Shown here: piece after piece, positions 28,754 to 38,559 of the stretch
How the letters are laid out: each line of letters opens with the position of its first letter
Numbering within the stretch: the stretch's first letter is position 1
Notes under the pieces: generated by a model
Databases searched by the model: none
The model's input: the letters and a program-made list of their open reading frames with translations, nothing else
Told to the model about the DNA's origin: nothing
Virus record (IMG/VR): IMGVR_UViG_3300020152_000002
Span: 23,607-87,606 of that record
DNA length: 64,000 nt
Origin: a virus
Direction: 5' to 3' (one strand)
Position numbers and translations under genes: made by a program

Positions 28754-30490
28754 ATGAGCATCGGCCGGAAGTTCAGCGAGCCGGTCACGGTCTACGATGC
28801 CTACGGGCGTCCGACGCCGGAGCCTGTGCTGGTCCATGCCTCCGTCGCCGAAGCGTCGGAGCGTTTCGCGTTCGCGGGTGACGGCGTTCTTGAGACGCCG
28901 ACCGACACCCCCTACGCAGGCATCGGCATCCGGTTCGTCAGCAGCTTCTTCGGCACCTACTATAACCGCGTCTACGCCATTCCGCGTTCGCTGGCGTTGG
29001 TCGATCCTGACAACGGCGATCCGAACACCTTCTACCTGTGGAACGCCTCGTTCGAGACGGTTGAACTGACCGACATCGCGGCCTCGGGAAACACGGGCCT
29101 GACGCTCTCGTTCGATGTCGGTCTCGTTCTCGACGAGATGGTCCTTGGGGAAGTCGCGGTGATCGTCACTCCGGCTGCCCCCGTGGCCGCCGATGCGGAC
29201 TACAGCTTCACCTTCGACAACGGCTTCGTCGCGCCGTTCTTCGTGAGCCTGCTGCGGACGAACCTGCTGTTGCTCGCACCCGAAGTGCCGGTCAACCAGA
29301 CCCTCGAATGGAAGACCAACATCCTGACCGCGCGTGACGGCACCGAGCAGCGGTTCGGCGTTCGCCAGCTTGCCCGCGAGAGCCTGTCCTACAAGTTCAT
29401 CTACGAGAGCACCGATCAGGAGCGCGAAGTCTACGCGCAGTTCTTCGCAAAGGGCGGTGAAGTCTTCTCGGTTCCGATCTGGCATGACCCGATCCGCCTG
29501 ATGGAGGCAGCGACCGCAGGCGCGACGCAGGTGAAGATCGACACCGCCCGCTATGACGTGGGCGCTGACGATCAGCTTTATATCGAGCACGATGACGGCT
29601 CCTACGAGATCGTGCGGGTCGAAGCCGTCCAGTTCGACGGCACCACCATCTCGCTTTACACGGCGCTGCTGGCGGACGTGCCGACGACCCGTCGCATTTA
29701 TCGGGTGACGACCGTCTATCTGCCTAGTCGGCCGACTCTCCGCCGGGGAGCATACCAGCACCTTGAAACGACGCTCGACCTTCGGCTGACGACCGCCCGC
29801 GAACTCTATACCGGCGACGCCGTGGCCGTTGAGATCGGGCAGACGACGCAGCTTCGGGATCGGGTGATCTCGTCCACGGTCTATACGCTGGGTGGCGTTC
29901 CCATCATGCACGGTCGTCCTCTCGTTGAAGGCACCGTCGATGAGAGCTTCGACTGGAACTACGAAGTGCTGGACTACGAGACCGGCGTGTTCGACCAGAC
30001 GACACCGCTGGATAAAGCGGCTGTCACCTATGAGCGTATGTTCTACGCGCGCTATCCCTACCAGAAGTTCTTCTACAACTATGCCATGGACCACATGCAC
30101 GGCCAACGTCGGCCAGTGTGGCTCCCGACGTGGCAGCAAGAACTCAATGGTCGCGTCACCAGCGCCATCGGGACGACGGTCATCATCGGCGACGAACGCT
30201 ACTTCGACGACTTCCCGGCCGACAGCAGTCACCGGGGACTCTGGTTCCGCTGGACACAGGGCTGGCTTGCCCGGCGCGTGGTCGCGGTCGCCAAGGACGG
30301 GGAGGGCAACACGGTCGTCGAGATCGAGCCCGCCCTGCCCCTCGACTTCCCGGCAAGCCCGCCTTATCAGGTTGGGTTCCTCGTGCTGGCGAGGCTCGGG
30401 TCCGACGAAGTGCAAATCGAGCACCGGGCGGCCTATAGTCTGCTGAACATGACGTTCCAGTCCACGAACAGCACCGACGAAGGGGTGTAG
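28754..30490 (+). CDS. distal tail / baseplate protein with N-terminal Ig-like domain
   Basis: TLEWKTNIL.A.DGTEQR; G.RRPVWLPTW; ARL.SD.V.IEH. Confidence 0.8.
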   Translation: MSIGRKFSEPVTVYDAYGRPTPEPVLVHASVAEASERFAFAGDGVLETPTDTPYAGIGIRFVSSFFGTYYNRVYAIPRSLALVDPDNGDPNTFYLWNASFETVELTDIAASGNTGLTLSFDVGLVLDEMVLGEVAVIVTPAAPVAADADYSFTFDNGFVAPFFVSLLRTNLLLLAPEVPVNQTLEWKTNILTARDGTEQRFGVRQLARESLSYKFIYESTDQEREVYAQFFAKGGEVFSVPIWHDPIRLMEAATAGATQVKIDTARYDVGADDQLYIEHDDGSYEIVRVEAVQFDGTTISLYTALLADVPTTRRIYRVTTVYLPSRPTLRRGAYQHLETTLDLRLTTARELYTGDAVAVEIGQTTQLRDRVISSTVYTLGGVPIMHGRPLVEGTVDESFDWNYEVLDYETGVFDQTTPLDKAAVTYERMFYARYPYQKFFYNYAMDHMHGQRRPVWLPTWQQELNGRVTSAIGTTVIIGDERYFDDFPADSSHRGLWFRWTQGWLARRVVAVAKDGEGNTVVEIEPALPLDFPASPPYQVGFLVLARLGSDEVQIEHRAAYSLLNMTFQSTNSTDEGV

Positions 30491-30493
30491 GTT

Positions 30494-31294
30494 TTGACGT
30501 TCCTCGCTGACGAGACCAGCGTAGACAAGGGGCAGCCGATTGAACTGTATAGGTTCGTCGGCTCTCTGGACGTTTATACCTACACGTCTGGCAATCGTCC
30601 GATCACCTACAACTCCGAAGTCTACCGTCCGGTCCCGATGCAGCGCAGCGAGATCAAGCTGGGCGACGTGACTGAACGGAACGAGTTGAAGGTCACAATG
30701 CCGATCAGCGTAAAGCTGGTGCGTGATTATGGCTTCGACATTCCGCCGCCTGAACTGACGCTTTCCATCTTCCGCGTTCACGGCGTCAGTGGCGCGATCC
30801 AGCCGTGGTTCCGAGGCAGCGTCGTCTCAATCACCATGGAGGGCAACAAAGCCTCCGTGGCGATCCCGTCGATCTTCTCGGCTTACATGTCGTCCGAGTT
30901 CCCGAACATCATGTATCAGAGCCAATGCAACTGGCCTCTGTATTCGCCGGGCTGCGGCGTGAACCGCGACGACTACCGGCTGGACACCGTTATCAACGCC
31001 ATCATCGACGAGACCAAGATCGTCGTGGAGGACGCGGCTGACTACGCGAACGGATGGTTCAAGGCAGGTGAAATCGTCACGGCGCAGGAGCGCCGACTGA
31101 TCGTCGAGCACAGCGGGTCTCAACTGACCCTGAACTATCCCTTCCGCTCGATGACGCAGGGCATGAATGTCACGGCCTACGCCGGGTGCGACCACAGCAT
31201 TCAGACGTGCCACGAGAAGTTCGACAATCTGGTCAACTTCTTCGGGTTCCCCTACACGCCATCTCTCAACCCCTTCCTCGTGGGGCTGCGCTAA
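30494..31294 (+). CDS. tail hub protein (BR0599/gpL-like, Cys-containing)
   Basis: PIELYRF; QCNWPLY..GCGV; AGCDH....C..KF.N..NF.GFP. Confidence 0.88.
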   Translation: MTFLADETSVDKGQPIELYRFVGSLDVYTYTSGNRPITYNSEVYRPVPMQRSEIKLGDVTERNELKVTMPISVKLVRDYGFDIPPPELTLSIFRVHGVSGAIQPWFRGSVVSITMEGNKASVAIPSIFSAYMSSEFPNIMYQSQCNWPLYSPGCGVNRDDYRLDTVINAIIDETKIVVEDAADYANGWFKAGEIVTAQERRLIVEHSGSQLTLNYPFRSMTQGMNVTAYAGCDHSIQTCHEKFDNLVNFFGFPYTPSLNPFLVGLR

Positions 31295-33333
31295 TGTGGA
31301 TTGCTCTGATCGTCGCGGTCGGGTTCTTCCTGCTGGCGCAGTTGATGATCCCGACGCAGAAAGCGAAGGCTGGCACCTTCGACGACTTCGACTTCCCGCG
31401 CATCGACGACGGGTCGCCGGTCTACTACATCGCGGGTCGCGTCAAAGTCGATAGCGCAAACCTGCTGTGGTATGGCGACTTCTCATCTAAGCCTATCAAG
31501 AAGAAGTCCGGCCTGTTCAAGAAGTCCACGGTTGGCTACAAATACTTCCTCGGTTTCCAGCTTGGCATCTGCCTCGGGCCGGGCGTGAAGTTGCTGCGCG
31601 TCTGGTTCGGGCAGGAAGAACCCGGCTACGTCAACACGGGCGGCAATACCGGCGGCTCCTTCACGATGAAGGACGAAGACGCTTTCGGCGGCGAGACCGG
31701 CGGTGGCGGCTACGATCTGCAATGCACCTACTATCCCGGCTCATCGACGCAGACAGCCGATCCTTACCTGCAACAGCATCTTGATCTGGTGCCGGGCTGG
31801 CGCGGGCTCGCCTATCTGGTCATGCACGGCTACATCGGCAACTCGACGAACCTGCAAGCTGTGTCCGTCGAAGTCGAGCGTGTCCCGGACCCGCTGGGCC
31901 TCGGGCCGAAGGCGCTCATCGGCACCGAAGGCGACGTGAACCCGGCGAACGTCATCTACGAAATGCTGACCAACAACTTCGGCGCGCTGGGCATCAATCC
32001 GGTGCGCCTGAACGTGGCGTCGTTCGTCAGCGCCGGGAACATCTTCTTTGACGAGGACGAGGGTATCAGCGTCGGCTTCGGCGGTTCGACCGGCAAGATC
32101 GCTGATGCCTTTGCCGACATCCTGCGTCAAGTCGATGCGACGATGTATGACGACCCGGTGGACGGTCAGGTCTATCTCAAGCTGCTGCGGCCGGACTACG
32201 ATGTCTCCGAACTGCCGGTGCTCGACGCTTCGTCGATCATGGAAGTCGCCAGCTACGCGATCAACCTGTGGGGTGACACGAAGAACAAGGTCCGCGTGAC
32301 CTACACCGACCGCTCCCGGAACTACAAGAACGATGCGGTTGCCGTGGCCGAAGACATGGCGAACATCGCCTTCCAAGGCAACGAAGTGAAGCCGTCTACT
32401 TCGGAGTATCCGCACGTCAAGCGGTCGGCCCATGCCGCGCGTAAAGCCACCCGCGATCTGGCGATCCTCTCCACTCCCATCGCCAACATCCGTCTCACGT
32501 CTCTGCGTTTCGAGATGGGCCTGCGTCCCGGCTCGCCGGTCAAGATGAGCTATGGCGAGTATGAGATCGAGCAACTGATCCTGCGCGTGAAGTCGGTCAA
32601 TCTCGGCGATCTGACGAACAACCGTCTCGTCATCGAACTTACGTCCGACAAACACGCCCGGTCGCTGACGATCTACGGTGTTCCGGGTCCGTCGCTGTTC
32701 GAGCGCCCTGTGCTGTCGGCGCAGTCGATCACCGTGGCGAAGACGCTGGAAGCGCCGATCTGGTTTGTGCGCGCACAGGACGACATCATTGACGAAGAAG
32801 CGCCTCGCGTGATGGCGCTGCCGAAACGGCCGTCCGGCACCCAGCAGGCGTATCGTCTCTACGCCAAGGTCGCGGGTGAAGCTGCCTACGAAGAAATCGA
32901 CAGCGAAGTGGCCTACCCGGAACACGGGACGCTTCACGCCAACTATCCGCTTTCCTACGCCTACGACAACACCGTGGGCCTCGAACTGGCGACGCTCGAC
33001 GAGCCCGACGTGTTGACGCAGGCGACGGTGGCGCAGATCACCCAGCAGGGCGTCAACCTGATCCTCGTGGACGACGAGATCATGGCGTTCGAGACCTACG
33101 AGACGAACGGCTCCGGCCGGTATGTGCTCAAGGGCGTCCACCGGGCCTTGCTCGATACCGTCCCGGCCGCGCATAGTGCCGGGGCGAAGGTGGTCTGGCT
33201 GACGGCCGACAACGTGGGGACGCGCGAGTTCGCGGTCGGCGACGACGTGAGCCTCGTGCTGGCGTCTATCGCCCCCCGTGGCAGCCAGAACGAGACCACA
33301 GGCGTCACCATGTCCGTTCCGGGGGAACTCTGA
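31294..33333 (+). CDS. central tail-tip protein (gpJ/GTA-like)
   Basis: FDFP..DG.PV; LLWYGDF; GYKYFLG; NPA..IYE.L; DDEIMAF; GV.RALLDTVPAAH. Confidence 0.88.
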   Translation: MWIALIVAVGFFLLAQLMIPTQKAKAGTFDDFDFPRIDDGSPVYYIAGRVKVDSANLLWYGDFSSKPIKKKSGLFKKSTVGYKYFLGFQLGICLGPGVKLLRVWFGQEEPGYVNTGGNTGGSFTMKDEDAFGGETGGGGYDLQCTYYPGSSTQTADPYLQQHLDLVPGWRGLAYLVMHGYIGNSTNLQAVSVEVERVPDPLGLGPKALIGTEGDVNPANVIYEMLTNNFGALGINPVRLNVASFVSAGNIFFDEDEGISVGFGGSTGKIADAFADILRQVDATMYDDPVDGQVYLKLLRPDYDVSELPVLDASSIMEVASYAINLWGDTKNKVRVTYTDRSRNYKNDAVAVAEDMANIAFQGNEVKPSTSEYPHVKRSAHAARKATRDLAILSTPIANIRLTSLRFEMGLRPGSPVKMSYGEYEIEQLILRVKSVNLGDLTNNRLVIELTSDKHARSLTIYGVPGPSLFERPVLSAQSITVAKTLEAPIWFVRAQDDIIDEEAPRVMALPKRPSGTQQAYRLYAKVAGEAAYEEIDSEVAYPEHGTLHANYPLSYAYDNTVGLELATLDEPDVLTQATVAQITQQGVNLILVDDEIMAFETYETNGSGRYVLKGVHRALLDTVPAAHSAGAKVVWLTADNVGTREFAVGDDVSLVLASIAPRGSQNETTGVTMSVPGEL

Positions 33334-35378
33334 TGGAAGGCCGGGCTCTCCGCCCCTACCCGCCTGTCGTCGTCAGCTTTGACGGCGAGCTTGCGCCTGC
33401 CTCCGTCGAAAACCTGACGCCCATCGTCGTCGAGTGGAAGCGCCGAGATCGCCGCAAGCAGATCATCGCCCTGCCGAGCGATCCCGACGAGGATGTTGAA
33501 AGCGGCACCGAGTTCTGCGTTCGTCACGGCCCGCCCGGCTTCCAGACGGTCACTGTCCTCGGCACAGCGTCCGAGACCAGCGGCGACTTCAATCTGGACT
33601 TCGCGGGTTACAGCCGCATCGAAATCTTCGCGCGGCGCGACGGGTATGAGAGCACGGCATTCGTCTTCGACACGACGGCGGAGAACGGGGCTGGGGCCTC
33701 CGTCGCCGGATTGCTGGGCACCGTGGCCGTCACTGGCGCTGTCGAAGGCGCTGTGACCGTTCAGGTCGAAGCCGAACTGCCGACCATCGACATCCAGTTC
33801 ACGGAGCCGGTGGAGCTTGAAGTCGAACTGCCCGAAGCGATCACCGTCACGCCGGTCGAAGGGTCGGTGGACACTATCGTCGAGATCACCGAGAACTTCA
33901 TCATCGGCGTGTCGTCGCTGCTGGAAGTTACGGTAGACATCAGCGTTGAAGCCGCAGGCGACATCGGCACAATCACGGCCACGGTTCCGACTGTCACTCT
34001 TGAGGCCGGAGCCGACAAGGTGGCGGGCACGGGCATCTACGCCTTCCCGGCCGTCGTGCTCGATGAAGTCCTCGGGTTCGCGGAGGGTGAGATCGTCGAG
34101 CCGACAACCACCATGGCAACGCCGATTTGGGGCAACAACGGGCGCATGGCGGGCAGCGTTCCGTTCTCTACGGGCAGCGTCACGCGCTACGTCAACCCGC
34201 TGGGCCAGTTGCTCCCCTACGCCGACTTCGCCTACACGCCGCATACGACCGAAGGCGCTTGGCGTCATCCGATTGGCGCGGACGGAACGCTGGACCGCCT
34301 CAACATCAACGTCTCGGCTAACGGCCGCAGTTCCGACACCGTGTTCACGCTGACTGTCAACGGTGTCGATACGACGCAAACTGTGACTGTCGGCGGGGGC
34401 GTGACCGGAGACGTGCTGACCGCTGGTGATCCGGTCGCCGTGGTGGCTGGCGATCTGCTGGGCCTCAAAGTCGTGACCGGCGCAGGCGGTGGCACCCTGT
34501 CGCTGGCCTGCACCAGCATGTCGTTCGAGGCAGACGAGGGAGTGGTCATGCACCACTCCATGATGGGCGATCTCGCCATGAACCAAGCGCCGTCCACGGG
34601 CGCGCGGGGCGGCCCGATCCATGGCACGGTCGAAGGCAACAGCTTCGGCGAGTCGTGGGATGGTTCGCCGATCTCGTCGGGCAACAACTATTCCGCCCGT
34701 GTCCACACCGCAGGCGTTGTCAGCCGTCTTGTCGTTTACGTTCCCACGAACACGTCTTCTGTGGATCAGACGTTCACGCTCTGGAAGAACGGTGTCGCAA
34801 CCGACCTGTTCGTGACTATCCCGGCGGGCACGACAGGACAGTTCTCGAACAACGCCGACGAGATCGCTGTCGAGCCCGGCGACAGGCTTCATTATCGACT
34901 GGTAGCGACAGCAGGCGGCGGAACAGGGTCGTCCCGGTTCGGCTGGGCACAGTGTATCATCTCGCGGGATGTCGCGGCCTACGACGTGTATGTCGCGCAG
35001 CGAGCATCCGATACGCTGCAAGGTTATAGCGGCTCGCAGCACTTCTTTGGCCTTGCGCTCATCAACCCGAATACGAGCGACAACGACACTGGCAGCCACA
35101 CTCGTCAAAACCTGCCAGTTGGCGGCGTCGTGGACAAGCTGTGGGTGCGTTACAATCACTCGGGCGGCGGCACGTCAGGATACAGCTACACGCTGCGTAA
35201 GGGCGGGGCCAACACGGCGCTGGCGGCGAACGCCCCGGCGAGCACCGGAAGCGGCACGGCGGAAGATACGACGCACACCGTCAACTTCGCGGACGGCGAC
35301 CGCGTGTCGGTCGGCTTCCAAGCGGAGTCGTTCAGCCAGTGGCCGCAGGCATGGGGCTTCACGGTCTCGGCCGCCTGA
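33333..35378 (+). CDS. tail fibre / receptor-binding protein (possibly frameshift-fused to the upstream gene)
   Basis: Begins GRALRPYPP..W.RRDR; beta-strand repeats, then three repeated beta-sandwich modules. Confidence 0.75.
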   Translation: MEGRALRPYPPVVVSFDGELAPASVENLTPIVVEWKRRDRRKQIIALPSDPDEDVESGTEFCVRHGPPGFQTVTVLGTASETSGDFNLDFAGYSRIEIFARRDGYESTAFVFDTTAENGAGASVAGLLGTVAVTGAVEGAVTVQVEAELPTIDIQFTEPVELEVELPEAITVTPVEGSVDTIVEITENFIIGVSSLLEVTVDISVEAAGDIGTITATVPTVTLEAGADKVAGTGIYAFPAVVLDEVLGFAEGEIVEPTTTMATPIWGNNGRMAGSVPFSTGSVTRYVNPLGQLLPYADFAYTPHTTEGAWRHPIGADGTLDRLNINVSANGRSSDTVFTLTVNGVDTTQTVTVGGGVTGDVLTAGDPVAVVAGDLLGLKVVTGAGGGTLSLACTSMSFEADEGVVMHHSMMGDLAMNQAPSTGARGGPIHGTVEGNSFGESWDGSPISSGNNYSARVHTAGVVSRLVVYVPTNTSSVDQTFTLWKNGVATDLFVTIPAGTTGQFSNNADEIAVEPGDRLHYRLVATAGGGTGSSRFGWAQCIISRDVAAYDVYVAQRASDTLQGYSGSQHFFGLALINPNTSDNDTGSHTRQNLPVGGVVDKLWVRYNHSGGGTSGYSYTLRKGGANTALAANAPASTGSGTAEDTTHTVNFADGDRVSVGFQAESFSQWPQAWGFTVSAA

Positions 35379-35437
35379 CTAGAAATCTGATGCGCCGGGG
35401 TGGTAGGTTCGGCGATCCTTGCGCCCCGGAAGCTGCC

Positions 35438-35944
35438 GTGCCCCGCCCGAACTCGCTCACGAACTGGATCAAGCTGCCCGTCGATCTCAAGCGGGTCGGC
35501 GAATGGATCAGCATGTTGCGCGATCTCGCGGCTCTGCTGTTCATCCCGTTCCTGTGCCTCTACGGCGCGATCATGGTCTATGTCCTCGTCCGGTTCTTCG
35601 GGAACCCGGAGCGGCCGGAGAGCGTGGTGCTGGCGGTCGTGAACTATCTCGGCGCGGCGCTGGTCGGCCTGTGCGTCCTGATCGGGCTGGGCGTCCTCTG
35701 GCTTCAACGCCGGAACATCCCGACCATGACGATCACGACGCCCATGGGCACCGTCAACATCGGCTCTGGCGACGCCGCACAGGCCGGGCTTGCCGGAGCG
35801 GTCATCGACGCCATCACCCCGCCTGACGCGCCCTCCGTGGCCGCCGCTGCGGCCGGTGGAGCACCCCCGCCGTCCAAGCCTGCGGCCACGGCTGCCGCCG
35901 ACGCGGAGTTCGAGCCCGAACCGCCCGCCGGAGGGAAGTCCTGA
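35438..35944 (+). CDS. 2-TM membrane protein (holin/antiholin candidate)
   Basis: Two TM helices; promoter TAGAAA(35380)-N18-TAGGTT; start uncertain. Confidence 0.6.
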   Translation: MPRPNSLTNWIKLPVDLKRVGEWISMLRDLAALLFIPFLCLYGAIMVYVLVRFFGNPERPESVVLAVVNYLGAALVGLCVLIGLGVLWLQRRNIPTMTITTPMGTVNIGSGDAAQAGLAGAVIDAITPPDAPSVAAAAAGGAPPPSKPAATAAADAEFEPEPPAGGKS

Positions 35945-36495
35945 TGCTGAACTGGATCGCAGACCGCATCTTCGGGCCGCTGTTCGACGGCCTGCTGACG
36001 TGGGCACCGTGGCTCTGGCTGGCCCTGTGCGCCACGGTGGCGCTCTACCTCTTTTTCGCCATGCCGCTCGTGTTCAAGCGGCGCTGGCAGGCCATCGTCG
36101 CTGCCGCCGTCGTCGGGTTCGTCGCGCTGTGGGTGTGGCAACACTTCGACGAGTTCGCAGACTTGAAGCGCCAGAACGACGAACTGGTTCAACAGAACGA
36201 AGAACTCGAAGGCCGAGTGGACAATCTCGGTCAAAGCATCAGCAACTATGAGACCGCAGTCGGCAATCTCGAACGTCGTCAACGTCAGATCAGAGCCGAG
36301 ATCACCGCAGCCCGACAAGGGCTCGACAGTGAGACCATTCAGAGGGAAGTCAACAATGATCCGGGGCAAGCTGCTGTCGATCTGTCTGATCGCTGGAATA
36401 GCTTTGGCAGGATGTCAGACGAGGCCACAAGCGGGTTCGGCCGTCCAACGGCTTCCGCTACCGGCCCCAGCGCCGACGCAGACGCAGGAAGTTGA
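35944..36495 (+). CDS. i-spanin (Rz-like)
   Basis: N-terminal TM segments plus a coiled coil; overlapped by a lipoprotein gene. Confidence 0.75.
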   Translation: MLNWIADRIFGPLFDGLLTWAPWLWLALCATVALYLFFAMPLVFKRRWQAIVAAAVVGFVALWVWQHFDEFADLKRQNDELVQQNEELEGRVDNLGQSISNYETAVGNLERRQRQIRAEITAARQGLDSETIQREVNNDPGQAAVDLSDRWNSFGRMSDEATSGFGRPTASATGPSADADAGS

Positions 36496-36670
36496 GTGGG
36501 GCATCCTACAGCCGGGGGAACAGCCGTCAGAGACGGTCGTTACCCTCACCTTGCCCATGTTTGATCGTCTCGTGTCCAACGAAGCTGAACAGTTGCGTTG
36601 GATCAAGGAAGCTGTAGAACAGCTTCGCTACTACAGAGGCGAACAACCGGGGGCCACGCAGCAGCGATGA
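36356..36670 (+). CDS. o-spanin (Rz1-like lipoprotein)
   Basis: MIRGKLLSICLIAGIALAG-C lipobox, Pro-rich linker, overlaps the i-spanin. Confidence 0.8.
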   Translation: MIRGKLLSICLIAGIALAGCQTRPQAGSAVQRLPLPAPAPTQTQEVEWGILQPGEQPSETVVTLTLPMFDRLVSNEAEQLRWIKEAVEQLRYYRGEQPGATQQR

Positions 36671-37134
36671 CCAAGCCTATGATCCTCGTCCACTTCGATC
36701 ACTTCCGCGAGACCTTCCCGTTTCGGGCTCTCGAATGGCTGATGGCCGTCGTCCTGATCGGGTGGGGCCTTGTGCTGCTGCACCCTGACTACTCGGCCGA
36801 TCAGTCCGCGTGGGCGAATACGCTGTTCGCTCACGTCTCGTCTCAACTTTTTGGTCAAGCCTGCCTCGTCGTAGGCTTGATTAGGTTCACCGCCCTGCTT
36901 ATCAATGGTCTGTGGTGGAGGACGCCGTTTGCACGTCTTGTAACAACCTTCGCCGCCAACTTCCTGTGGGTCGCCATCGTCTTCGGGCTGGCTGCGTCGG
37001 ACACGTTGAATACTGGCTGGGCTGTGTATCCCGCCTTTGTAGTCGCCGAGTTCTATAACGCCTTCCGTTCCGCCGACGACTCCCGCAAAAGTTGGCTGGA
37101 ACGAAAGGCAGCGCGAGTTGGACGGTCTCGATAA
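36667..37134 (+). CDS. 4-TM membrane protein
   Basis: R.LEW..A, ALLING.W..TP..R pattern. Confidence 0.75.
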   Translation: MTKPMILVHFDHFRETFPFRALEWLMAVVLIGWGLVLLHPDYSADQSAWANTLFAHVSSQLFGQACLVVGLIRFTALLINGLWWRTPFARLVTTFAANFLWVAIVFGLAASDTLNTGWAVYPAFVVAEFYNAFRSADDSRKSWLERKAARVGRSR

Positions 37135-37525
37135 GCTCCCGGCATGGATACAGGTCGCGGTCTTTCTTGGCGTCCTGATCGCCACCACCGTCGCCTCTGC
37201 CTCCGGGTGGATGCGCGACAAGTGGTTTAAGCGCCCATCCTCCGCCCCCTCGCCTACGCTCCCCACGAAAGATGCCGTCGTGATGTCGGCCGCTATCGCG
37301 GACAGTCAGGCCATCAACAATCTGGCTACCGGCATCAACCGGCTCGTGGACTTCCTTGAACAGGACCGCGAAGATCAGGAGCGCAGGGACCGCGCCCTGC
37401 GGACGTGCATCCAAGAGCTTCTGGACAGCAACGACCGGGTGGCGGGGCTCTTGAGGCAGGCCCTCCATCCGTTCGGCTTCGGCGGCGTCGCCCGGCCGGG
37501 GGACAGGCCGCCGGACGGCTCTTGA
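37118..37525 (+). CDS. N-terminally anchored membrane protein (holin-associated)
   Basis: One TM helix plus coiled coil. Confidence 0.65.
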   Translation: MDGLDKLPAWIQVAVFLGVLIATTVASASGWMRDKWFKRPSSAPSPTLPTKDAVVMSAAIADSQAINNLATGINRLVDFLEQDREDQERRDRALRTCIQELLDSNDRVAGLLRQALHPFGFGGVARPGDRPPDGS

Positions 37526-37614
37526 CGGAACGGCCGGGCCGTGGGATAGGGAGATCGTCTAGGCCGGGCTGCGCGCTCGTTCTTGGTCATGTGGGAAGCC
37601 AACTCCTGTGACGT

Positions 37615-37674
37615 TCAGCCCCGCCGGTCTTCGGATCGGCGGGGCTGATGCGTTTTCGGGCTTGCCCGATTTTT
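37615..37674. terminator. tandem hairpins at the convergence of late and replication transcripts
   Basis: TCAGCCCCGCCGGTC-TTCG-GATCGGCGGGGCTGA, then TCGGG-CTTG-CCCGA-TTTTT. Confidence 0.8.
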
Positions 37675-37957
37675 AAGCGTCGTCCCCGTAAAGCAGGATC
37701 ATGTAGTTGTCACCGTGGCACCGCTTCGGTTTACAGTGGCAGACCAAATCCCTTCCGCGCAGGTATTCCAGCCAAGCAGGGTTCTCGGCGGCACGGTTAC
37801 GCGCATATACTAGGTGCAGATCGCAGACATCATCGCGGGTGGTTCCATGGACACCGATGACGAAGGGATTGCCGTAGGCCGTCCCTCTGTCGATACACAC
37901 CGCGTCGGCCGGGTAGCCGTCACGCTTCATGTTCAAGACGCGAGGGCGGTCAGCCAC
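37673..37957 (-). CDS. DUF4326 family protein
   Basis: IDRGTAYGNPF...LRGRDLVCHCKP.RCHGD. Confidence 0.85.
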   Translation of the reverse strand: MADRPRVLNMKRDGYPADAVCIDRGTAYGNPFVIGVHGTTRDDVCDLHLVYARNRAAENPAWLEYLRGRDLVCHCKPKRCHGDNYMILLYGDDA

Positions 37958-38555
37958 CGGCTCGCTGTCCTTGACCGAACCGAAACCGCGACCGGCTGTC
38001 GATGAAGCCCTCGTCTTGCAACAGGGCCTCCACGGGCGACAGAGCGATGGCGTCGATTCCGGGCGTCGCCTCTGCCAGCAGATCGGCGTAGGCCCCCGCC
38101 ACGGTCGGCCGGGCCAGCAGATCGTAGAGAGCCCGCACCGTGGCCGCATCCCGGCGAGGAACAGCCGGGCAAGCTCGGGTCAGGATGCAGCGCCGGTCCA
38201 GCGTCTCGTGCGTCACAGCGCCCCTCTCGGGCAGGCTGGGCAGGAACAGGCCGGGGACCAGCCAAACGCGCTCCACGCAGCCGATCAGGGCATAGCTGCG
38301 GCCACCTGCCAGCCACCGCTTCTGCCCCCACTCCCGCTGCCCGCGCTCGAACCTGATCTCGCCTCCGGCGATCCGCTTCCGGGGCTGGTGCAGCAGCTTG
38401 GTCTCAAGGTGGAAGGAGCCGCCGTCATAGCAGCCTTCGATGTCCGGCGTCGCCTTGCCGACGACGTTCTCTACACGCTGGGCGTGGAACTTGGGACTGC
38501 TGAAATCTGGATGGCGCTTAAGCCAGTCCCACAGGATGCCTTCGGACGACGCCAT
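37950..38555 (-). CDS. PD-(D/E)XK nuclease (VRR-NUC / resolvase-like)
   Basis: SE..LW; RVEN..G.ATPDIEGC...HLETK; Q.EW...R..AGG. Confidence 0.8.
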   Translation of the reverse strand: MASSEGILWDWLKRHPDFSSPKFHAQRVENVVGKATPDIEGCYDGGSFHLETKLLHQPRKRIAGGEIRFERGQREWGQKRWLAGGRSYALIGCVERVWLVPGLFLPSLPERGAVTHETLDRRCILTRACPAVPRRDAATVRALYDLLARPTVAGAYADLLAEATPGIDAIALSPVEALLQDEGFIDSRSRFRFGQGQRAGG

Positions 38556-38559
38556 GGCG

